Source: an uncultured Nitrososphaerota archaeon
GTDB lineage: Archaea > Thermoproteota > EX4484-205 > JAAOZO01
Length of the DNA stretch: 35,042 nucleotides
NCBI GenBank assembly: GCA_964639105.1
Contig: CAZXBW010000002.1
Coordinates: 1 to 35,042, forward strand
Direction of reading: 5' to 3'
A program made the translations under genes and the position numbers. The notes beneath the pieces were generated by a model. The model saw only the letters and a program-made list of their open reading frames with translations, was not told the DNA's origin and did no database searches. Shown piece by piece: positions 24,192 to 30,923 of this stretch; positions within the stretch are counted from its first letter, which is position 1; every line of letters starts with the position of its first letter.

Positions 24192-27071
24192 TTGACTCAG
24201 CCCGCTGGGAAGTCCGAGTCTGGTCCATCGGCCGAGGACGAGGCAGTCCTGTCGCTCTTGACAGACCAAGTGAGAGACTCGGTTCTCAAGAGAGACATGC
24301 TTCCAATGACGGAAGTGCAGAGACTTGGGATCCCAGCCGTTCTGAGCGGTCGCAACGTCTTGCTGATCTCACCGACTGGCACAGGCAAGACCGAGGCCGC
24401 CCTCATACCGGTCTTCCATCTGATGAAGGTCTCTGAGGTCAAAAAGAGCGGCTTCAGGGTTCTGTACATAACTCCCTTGAAGGCACTGAACAGGGATCTG
24501 CTTGAGAGGATATCTTGGTGGTCGACCGATCTCGACATCAGCGTCGGTATAAGGCACGGAGACAGCCCCAAGGCAGAGAGGGCTCAGCAATCGATGCAAC
24601 CACCGAACATCATAGTGACGACCCCTGAGACATTCCAGATACTGCTCGTAGGCAAGAGACTCTCGTCTCATCTCAAGGCAGTAGATTGGGTCATCATAGA
24701 TGAGGTACATGAGTTGGCCGAGGAGAAAAGGGGAGCTCAGCTCGTTCTCGGTCTTGAGAGGCTCAGGGAGATCAAGGGATCTGACTTCCAGATCATAGGC
24801 CTGTCCGCAACGGTCGGAGATCCCAAACTGCTCGGGAGTTTCTTGGTCGGCAAAGACAGAGAAGTCAGCATAGTCGAGGCTGCACCAGAGAAGTGGATCG
24901 AAATAGACGTCTCGTTCCCGAAGCCAACGCAAGAAGATTACGAACTATCGCGTGAGACGCTTGAGCATCCAACTGTCCTCGCGAGGTTGAAGTACATCAA
25001 GGAGCAAATCGAAAAGCACGACTCCACGCTGCTCTTCACGAACACCAGGGCCACAGCTGAATCTCTGTCGAACAAATTCATGTTATACGATACGGAGTTG
25101 CCTTTGGCGATCCATCACGGTTCACTGGGCACGACTACTAGACTGATGGCGGAACGCGGTCTCAAAGGGGGGACACTCAAGGGAGTGATCGCTACGTCGA
25201 GCTTGGAGCTGGGCATAGACATCGGGCAGGTGGACTTTGTCGTGCAATACGGGTCTCCGAGACAATCAACTCACCTCATTCAGAGGGTGGGCAGGAGCGG
25301 TCATGGCGTGGGGGAGGTATCTAGAGGAGTAATAGTTGCCATGGACGAGGAGGACCTGATGGAGTCTGTCGTCCTTCGCAACAGGGCTCTCAGGAAGGAC
25401 TTGGAACCGGTCGATCTGTCGTCCAAACCCTTTGATGTTCTGGCGCATCAAGTAGTCGGATATCTGCTCACTAGAGGTAGATCTCACGTGGAGGATCTGA
25501 TCGACCTCGTCAGCAGGGCGACGATATACAAGGACCTCACGCTCGAGGAGCTGGGTTCCGTCCTCGATTTCCTACGAAGCAAGTATCCGTCCATCCTACG
25601 CTACGATCCGCCAAGTGGGATAGTAGTGAGGGGTCGCGGGACGGCAACATACGAGTTCTACTACGATCACCTATCGACGATCCCGGAGGTCAGACAGTAC
25701 CGCGTGATAGACTCCAACACGAAAGACATCGTCGGGATACTAGACGAGGAGTTCGTAGCCGAGAAGGGGATCCAAGGGACAAAGTTCATCATGGCTGGGC
25801 GAGTCTGGGTGATAGAAGCAATAGAAGAAGGGGATGTCAAGGTCACGCCCTCGGACGACCCAACGGGAGCTGTCCCGTTCTGGGCCGGCGAAGAGATACC
25901 GGTGAAGTTCGCGGCAGCAAGGGAACTCGGCGCACTCCGAAGGGAAATCATGGAGATGATATCTGGTGGGATGTCCCAGAAGGAGGCCGCTGAAAATCTG
26001 GGCAACCGAATGCATCTGAAACCCGAATTGATGGAGGAAATGCTCCCGAACATTCGAGACTCGGTCGCTGAGAGGTACCCAGTAGCCACAGACAGAGGCA
26101 TTGTCATAGAGTGCTGGGGTGAGAAACTGATACTCCACGCCTGCAACGGAGATCAGGTCAACTCCGCGCTTGCGAAGATAGTCGGTTCGCTTCTGTCCGA
26201 AAGGGATCACATGGTGAGCACAAGCAGGGATCCGTACAGGATTGTCGTTGATCAGCACGTGGATCCAGCCGAGCTGTTGAATAGGCTCAAATCTCTGAGC
26301 GACAGCCAAACCGAGGAACTCCTCCTCTCTGGAATAGAGTCAGTGGGCATGTTCAAGAGGAGGGTGATCCACGTCGGGAGGAGGTTCGGTGTGATCGAAC
26401 GAGATGCCGATCTGACCTCCATACAGGTGGACAAGTTAGCCTCCATGCTCAAAGGCACGCCTGTTTTCGAGGAGGCGAAGAAGGAACTCTTGCAGAAGGA
26501 CTATGACGCCGAGAAGTTGAAGATCTTCCTATCGGAACTGAGGAACGGAGGCTTGGCAGTCGAGGTGATCGAAGGGCGGGAACTGCCCTCTCCGCTGTCG
26601 CGAGCAGCACTCAGAAGGACTGAGGCGCACGTTGATCTCTTCCCTCCAGACAGGGTCGACAAGATACTCCTGAGGTACGCGCTTGCACGGCTCCGAAGCG
26701 GCATACTGACCTTGATCTGCGCCGAGAACTTGGACTACTTCGAGACGCTTCGCGTCGTGGACATGACTTTTCCGCTGAAGTGCCCGTCTTGCGGTTCCGG
26801 TTATGTCGGGGTAGTACCGGACGAAGACTCAGCGAGGTCAGTGAAATACAGGCCGAAGTCCCGGAAGAGCCAGAGGATCCTTGAAAGAGCCAGGAGGACG
26901 GCCCTGCTGCTTTACAAGCACAGAGAACGAGCGGCTATGGCTCTGGTCGCCAGGAGGGTTCCACTCAAAGATGTTGAGTCAATCCTTGAATCCTCATCTT
27001 CAAAGTCAGATGAGGAGTTTACAAAGGCCATAGGCGACGCAGAGCGAAGGGTGTCTTTCAGAAGCTACTGA
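24192..27071 (+). CDS. lhr: Lhr-type large ATP-dependent DNA helicase (DEAD/DEAH superfamily 2)
   Basis: Helicase motif I is SPTGTGKTEAA, motif II is DEVHE, motif III is SAT and motif VI is QRVGRSGH. The 959-aa protein has a long Lhr-like C-terminal extension that includes the zinc-ribbon-like CPSCGSG. The start is TTG. Confidence 0.85.
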   Translation: MTQPAGKSESGPSAEDEAVLSLLTDQVRDSVLKRDMLPMTEVQRLGIPAVLSGRNVLLISPTGTGKTEAALIPVFHLMKVSEVKKSGFRVLYITPLKALNRDLLERISWWSTDLDISVGIRHGDSPKAERAQQSMQPPNIIVTTPETFQILLVGKRLSSHLKAVDWVIIDEVHELAEEKRGAQLVLGLERLREIKGSDFQIIGLSATVGDPKLLGSFLVGKDREVSIVEAAPEKWIEIDVSFPKPTQEDYELSRETLEHPTVLARLKYIKEQIEKHDSTLLFTNTRATAESLSNKFMLYDTELPLAIHHGSLGTTTRLMAERGLKGGTLKGVIATSSLELGIDIGQVDFVVQYGSPRQSTHLIQRVGRSGHGVGEVSRGVIVAMDEEDLMESVVLRNRALRKDLEPVDLSSKPFDVLAHQVVGYLLTRGRSHVEDLIDLVSRATIYKDLTLEELGSVLDFLRSKYPSILRYDPPSGIVVRGRGTATYEFYYDHLSTIPEVRQYRVIDSNTKDIVGILDEEFVAEKGIQGTKFIMAGRVWVIEAIEEGDVKVTPSDDPTGAVPFWAGEEIPVKFAAARELGALRREIMEMISGGMSQKEAAENLGNRMHLKPELMEEMLPNIRDSVAERYPVATDRGIVIECWGEKLILHACNGDQVNSALAKIVGSLLSERDHMVSTSRDPYRIVVDQHVDPAELLNRLKSLSDSQTEELLLSGIESVGMFKRRVIHVGRRFGVIERDADLTSIQVDKLASMLKGTPVFEEAKKELLQKDYDAEKLKIFLSELRNGGLAVEVIEGRELPSPLSRAALRRTEAHVDLFPPDRVDKILLRYALARLRSGILTLICAENLDYFETLRVVDMTFPLKCPSCGSGYVGVVPDEDSARSVKYRPKSRKSQRILERARRTALLLYKHRERAAMALVARRVPLKDVESILESSSSKSDEEFTKAIGDAERRVSFRSY

Positions 27072-27077
27072 GACTGA

Positions 27078-27626
27078 CTAGGCTCCAAAGACGTACCTCA
27101 GGAGAGATCGGGTGTCTACCTCAACCTTCGCCCTCCAGCCCAGAATGAGCGAATCTCCCTCCTCTTCCAGGTATCCCCACTTGATGTACTTCGATAGAAA
27201 GTTGCGCACTTTCCACTTCGGGAATTTCTGTCTTAGAGTTTCCTCGACTTCTGACCTAGCTGCCTTGTCACCCCTTGAACCTATCGTGGCGAGGCATATC
27301 GTCAGACCTGCCAGCTCGTCCACACTCCATCCTGATGTCTTCGCATCTGATACTTTCAGTGGATCGGTCAACACTAGGACGAATCTGGCTGTGCTGAGAG
27401 TATCCTCTGGGCTGTCCAAGGATAGTTCAGTCCCGTCGTCTCCAACCGCCTTGATGGTGATACCAAGGGGCTCGATTTGAGACCTGAGCACCTTTATCAC
27501 CCTTGAGTAGCCTGAGCCGAGGGAGCGCTTCAGCTCCCACCCCTTGACTCCGGGTATTCTGTGCGACTTGAAGAATAATAGTTGTGCCGCCCGTCGAATC
27601 TTGGCAGGGAAACCGGAGGACTCCAT
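27078..27626 (-). CDS. Tandem winged-helix kite-like protein (ScpB/MukE/Nse3-MAGE class), third gene of the mini-SMC operon
   Basis: The 182-aa protein splits into two halves. The first half reads AAQLLFFKSHRIPGVKGWELKRSLGSGYSRVIKVLRSQIEPLGITIKAV...ARFVLVLT. The second half reads AGLTICLATIGSRGDKAARSEVEETLRQ...KYIKWGYLEEEGDSLILGWRAKVEVDTRSLLRYVFG. These parallel the WH-A and WH-B patterns of the MAGE homology domain (..FLLxKxxxKxPIxxxxxLxxV..xY.. and ..YLEY....YEFxWGPRAxxETSKxKVLxFV). Confidence 0.55.
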   Translation of the reverse strand: MESSGFPAKIRRAAQLLFFKSHRIPGVKGWELKRSLGSGYSRVIKVLRSQIEPLGITIKAVGDDGTELSLDSPEDTLSTARFVLVLTDPLKVSDAKTSGWSVDELAGLTICLATIGSRGDKAARSEVEETLRQKFPKWKVRNFLSKYIKWGYLEEEGDSLILGWRAKVEVDTRSLLRYVFGA

Positions 27627-27627
27627 A

Positions 27628-28368
27628 TCAACTCACTATCGTTACGATACTCTCTGCTTCCGTCGGTCTCTCCTTCGTAGCCCCTTCCTTCGCCACGATC
27701 CAGAACCTCCTCTTGAGGGGTTCCTTCTCGACCACAGCATATCCATACGATAGCATGAAGCTGATGAGCACAGCACGTCGAAGCCTTTCGTTCAGACTGC
27801 CCTCGCCCAACAGTTCCTCATACAGCAACCTTCCACCTCTATTCTGAAGCTCTTCATGCAAACCCAGCATTTCGTCCGAGATGAGTTCATCGTAGGTGAC
27901 CCCAAGGGATTCCAAGCTCTCGCCCAACAGGGGTTCCATCTTCTCGGCACCGATGGTGTAGTCCTTTAGGTTGCTCCAGTATTCGTAGGATCTTCTCATC
28001 ATCTCAAGACTCAACACGTCTCGTCCTGTGCTCGGTCTCCAAGATTGCAGGAAGGCCTCGGCTAGTCTGTCTGTTGAGGATCCCATGACCGCCAGCCTGA
28101 TCAAGAACGGATCGACATAGAGCACCGACGACTTGTCCCTTAGGAATTTGCTCTGGCTGTACACCAGTATCGCAAAGTCGTACAGGGCTTCCATGTCCAG
28201 TTCTATGTGCTTGAACTGCAGGCTTTTCTTGATGAGTTGTCTGAGCCTGGACAAGCGTGGCTCTAGCTGGACCGCGAGCGGATCCGACCCGCTCCTCATG
28301 GCCGAGGACAACTCTACTATGAGGTCCTTGAGTTCCTTCTCAACTTGTCTTTCAGACGTTCTCGACAA
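27628..28368 (-). CDS. Kleisin-like protein (ScpA/Nse4 class), second gene of the mini-SMC operon
   Basis: The 246-aa protein has the C-terminal segment LLYEELLGEGSLNERLRRAVLISFMLSYGYAVVEKEPLKRRFWIV. This aligns by eye with the ScpA C-terminal winged helix encoded in this same window (VLELFEGLDYIEMVRTFIILLFVLSSMDYEIEKKGEQFWIV). The TTG start overlaps the SMC-like gene by 17 nt. The stop lies 1 nt from the kite ATG. Confidence 0.55.
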   Translation of the reverse strand: MSRTSERQVEKELKDLIVELSSAMRSGSDPLAVQLEPRLSRLRQLIKKSLQFKHIELDMEALYDFAILVYSQSKFLRDKSSVLYVDPFLIRLAVMGSSTDRLAEAFLQSWRPSTGRDVLSLEMMRRSYEYWSNLKDYTIGAEKMEPLLGESLESLGVTYDELISDEMLGLHEELQNRGGRLLYEELLGEGSLNERLRRAVLISFMLSYGYAVVEKEPLKRRFWIVAKEGATKERPTEAESIVTIVS

Positions 28369-30139
28369 TGTTGATCACCGAAGTTCCACTCACCTTCTGC
28401 ACAACTATGCCTACTGCTCTGGTGATTGACTTGGGCACTTGGCCAGGAGTCACCACCAAGTATGATGCTTCGGGGTTGTTGTTCGCTTCTTGTTCGACGA
28501 GCTTGAAGAACGTCTCCCTGTTCCGCGGATCCATGTGTATGTCGAATTCATCCAGCGCCCTCAGAGGGGACTGTATGAGTGACTGAAGAGAAAGCATGAA
28601 TGCTATTATGGAGGAACTCCTCTCACCGCCGCTCTGTGTGAAAGAGTTGAGTTCAACGAGTCTGCTTCCACCAAAGCTGACGAGGATCTGGACACCTGCT
28701 TGGTCCATGTCCTCCTGACCGGTAAAGCGGATTTCTCCATCCGCCCCGATGTTTCTCATCTTTTCCTTAAAGGAATCGCTGAGTTGGTCCACGAGCTTGG
28801 CAACCTCTCTTCTCCAAAGCGTCAGAGTCTCGTCAATCTCGCTGAGCACAGACTCCTTGTTCTTCTTGACGGCCAAGGACTTCTGCTCTATGTCGTCGTA
28901 TGTCTTCCTGTAACTCTCATAGATTTGTTCTGCGTTCTCAACAACTGAACCGAGTGTGGCTAGACCAATCTGCGCATCCTCGAGTTCCTTGGTGATCTCC
29001 TCGCGGTTCCTCGTTCGGCTCGGCTTGGGACCCAACTCAGACGCTTTCTTGAGAGCATCCTCTGATGCGTTCTGCGCCGACTTCATGCTTGCCTCCACTT
29101 TGCTCTTGAGTCTTGTCAACAAGGAGAGGTTTCTCTTCAAAATGGCCTCCCTGACTCTTGCTTCCGCATAGCTCTCAACAGTGCGAGTCAGCTCCTGCTT
29201 CGAACGAGACTCCTCGTTTTCTCCAGCATGCCTCGCGGAAGTGGTCAGCTCTTCGACCTCGTTCTGGAACTGCGTCAGCAACCCTGACACGCGCCTTGAC
29301 GCATCTTCGATCCTTGAGCCATACTTGGCCAGCCTTTCACTGATCTGGACGTTCTTCTCGGCCAGCCGATCAACTTCCTGGGACAAACTTGCGTGTTCAG
29401 ACCAAGCTTGCTCGATTTGCAGCTCAGTCATCCTGAGTTTCAGCGAATCCCTCTTCTTGAGCTTCTCAACCTCTCCGTGCCAAGTGTCAAGAGTAGCCTG
29501 TGCTTCAGACAGAAGCGAGGAGAGCTGCTTCTCCTCACTGGCAACCTCTGCTAGCCTGTCTCTCGCCTCTCTTATTCTGTCCCTGAAGTGAGTGAGGCCG
29601 ACGGCTTTCTCTATGGTCTGCAACATGGTCTGAGCAGTCAGAGCCGCTATTTCTTCGACCATGTACTGATGCATTATAATGAACATGTTGTCTGGATCTA
29701 TGCCGAATCTGTTCAGTACATCGTAGATCTCCAACTTCGTGGCTTGTCTAAAGTTCATCTGATGCCAGTATTCGCCGTCTTCCCTGAGATAGCGGGTGAT
29801 GACAAGTTCATCGGTTCTGACCTCAGGTATCGGCCTGGATCCGTTCTGGGCCTTATTGTCGAACACCAGCGTTATCCTCGCGATGTCTTCTCCCCACCTT
29901 ATGAGGTCACTCAGCTTCCTACCTCGCTCCGTGTGAGCTTGGCCCAGCCCAACCGAGAGGCCTAGAAGTATGGAGGACTTTCCAGCTCCGTTCGGGCCCA
30001 AAACGAGATTGAGGCCAGCTGAGATGGGAATTCTAGCATACTTGTATGTCATCAGATTCTCAAGTATGAGTTCCCTTAGCAGTAGTTTGCTCTGCCGTGT
30101 CTGCCCAACTGGCCTCTCGGCTATCACAGTCGGTCTCAA
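28352..30139 (-). CDS. Hinge-less short SMC-like ABC ATPase with Smc5/Smc6-like head motifs
   Basis: The N-terminal head reads LILENLMTYKYARIPISAGLNLVLGPNGAGKSSILLGLSVGLGQAHTERGRKLSDLIRWGEDIARITLVF. About 300 aa of coiled coil follow, with no globular hinge and no cysteine anywhere in the protein. The C-terminal head reads QSGGERSSSIIAFMLSLQSLIQSPLRALDEFDIHMDPRNRETFFKLV...SYLVVTPGQVP. The start is TTG 30139 or, given the TATA position, GTG 30127. Confidence 0.7.
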   Translation of the reverse strand: MRPTVIAERPVGQTRQSKLLLRELILENLMTYKYARIPISAGLNLVLGPNGAGKSSILLGLSVGLGQAHTERGRKLSDLIRWGEDIARITLVFDNKAQNGSRPIPEVRTDELVITRYLREDGEYWHQMNFRQATKLEIYDVLNRFGIDPDNMFIIMHQYMVEEIAALTAQTMLQTIEKAVGLTHFRDRIREARDRLAEVASEEKQLSSLLSEAQATLDTWHGEVEKLKKRDSLKLRMTELQIEQAWSEHASLSQEVDRLAEKNVQISERLAKYGSRIEDASRRVSGLLTQFQNEVEELTTSARHAGENEESRSKQELTRTVESYAEARVREAILKRNLSLLTRLKSKVEASMKSAQNASEDALKKASELGPKPSRTRNREEITKELEDAQIGLATLGSVVENAEQIYESYRKTYDDIEQKSLAVKKNKESVLSEIDETLTLWRREVAKLVDQLSDSFKEKMRNIGADGEIRFTGQEDMDQAGVQILVSFGGSRLVELNSFTQSGGERSSSIIAFMLSLQSLIQSPLRALDEFDIHMDPRNRETFFKLVEQEANNNPEASYLVVTPGQVPKSITRAVGIVVQKVSGTSVINIVENV

Positions 30140-30152
30140 GTTTTGAACTTCG

Positions 30153-30159
30153 TTAAAAA
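30153..30159 (-). promoter_or_regulatory. TATA-like box (TTTTTAA on the minus strand) upstream of the SMC-like gene
   Basis: The box is centred about 29 nt upstream of GTG 30127, which favours that start and a leaderless transcript. Confidence 0.3.
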
Positions 30160-30187
30160 CCTATCTCGACCGTTGTCAGCATTACGG

Positions 30188-30195
30188 TTAATATA
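30188..30195 (+). promoter_or_regulatory. TATA-like box (TTAATATA) about 30 nt upstream of the ATG of the 233-aa gene
   Basis: The box lies in the 82-nt divergent spacer shared with the SMC-like operon. Confidence 0.35.
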
Positions 30196-30221
30196 ACTGG
30201 CTGTCCGAAGATGAGGTACCG

Positions 30222-30923
30222 ATGGTATTAGCTGGCAAGATCTTCAGAGTCGTCGAACAAGTCTCGATAGAGACTATTGCAGAGAAACTGAATGGCTACA
30301 GGAACGAACAGACCATTGAGGGGTCCGACCTGTCCCTGCTGACCGAAATAAAGGACCTGAACTCCACCAAGGATGAACTGTCTGGGATCATATCGAGAGA
30401 TGTCCCCGTAAGGCTGCGTCAGAGGGAGGAACTGGAGGTCACCTTCAGGACAGTCGATACGCCCTTTCTGTTCAGACAGAGAAAACCGGACATGCTGCTG
30501 TTGGTGGCAGAGAGGAAACCTGTCGCAAACGCGATCGCGAACCTGTTCTCGTCTACACTTTTCCTCTCCTTGGGAGGAGTTCTGAACGCCGAGATCACAC
30601 CGAAGACACTGGAATCGTATCACAGAAGGAATCCTGAGGGGACGAAAGTGATGTTCTTCGACGGGCTTGAGATCCCCAACTTGGACAAGATATCACTATA
30701 TGGCCCTTCGATATCAGACACGTCGTTGTATCCGACCTATGTGTCGCAGGGAAGCATTTGGTATGTCGTCGTGACCTCAAGGAAGTACGGCTATGTGGTA
30801 GGAGTGACGAGGGACGCAGTGGTAACCATTTTCAACAGAATGAGCATCGAAGACTTCGTCAGCTTCGTGAAAGACGAGATATTCGAACTGATCGGGACAA
30901 CGAAAGGGCAACCAAGCCACTAG
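30222..30923 (+). CDS. Hypothetical protein (233 aa), divergent from the mini-SMC operon
   Basis: This is a clean ATG ORF with a TATA-like box upstream. I recognise no family or motif. Confidence 0.5.
   Translation: MVLAGKIFRVVEQVSIETIAEKLNGYRNEQTIEGSDLSLLTEIKDLNSTKDELSGIISRDVPVRLRQREELEVTFRTVDTPFLFRQRKPDMLLLVAERKPVANAIANLFSSTLFLSLGGVLNAEITPKTLESYHRRNPEGTKVMFFDGLEIPNLDKISLYGPSISDTSLYPTYVSQGSIWYVVVTSRKYGYVVGVTRDAVVTIFNRMSIEDFVSFVKDEIFELIGTTKGQPSH

Noticed and set aside
25667-26309. Minus-strand ORFs of 159 and 189 aa inside lhr
   Set aside because: They are antisense to a helicase gene with all its motifs intact, and nothing supports them independently.
28352-30139. Calling the 595-aa ATPase Rad50, RecN, Wadjet JetC or Lamassu LmuB
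   Set aside because: - **Rad50:** there is no Mre11 gene nearby and no CxxC hook, since the protein has no cysteine.
- **Wadjet:** there is no JetD-like Toprim nuclease, and the gene order is SMC-kleisin-kite rather than jetABCD.
- **Lamassu:** there is no LmuA-type effector in the operon.
- **Head motifs:** NLMTY, LDEFDIHMDPRNR and LVVTP look closer to Smc5/6.

A defence role is still possible, but it cannot be assigned from the sequence alone.
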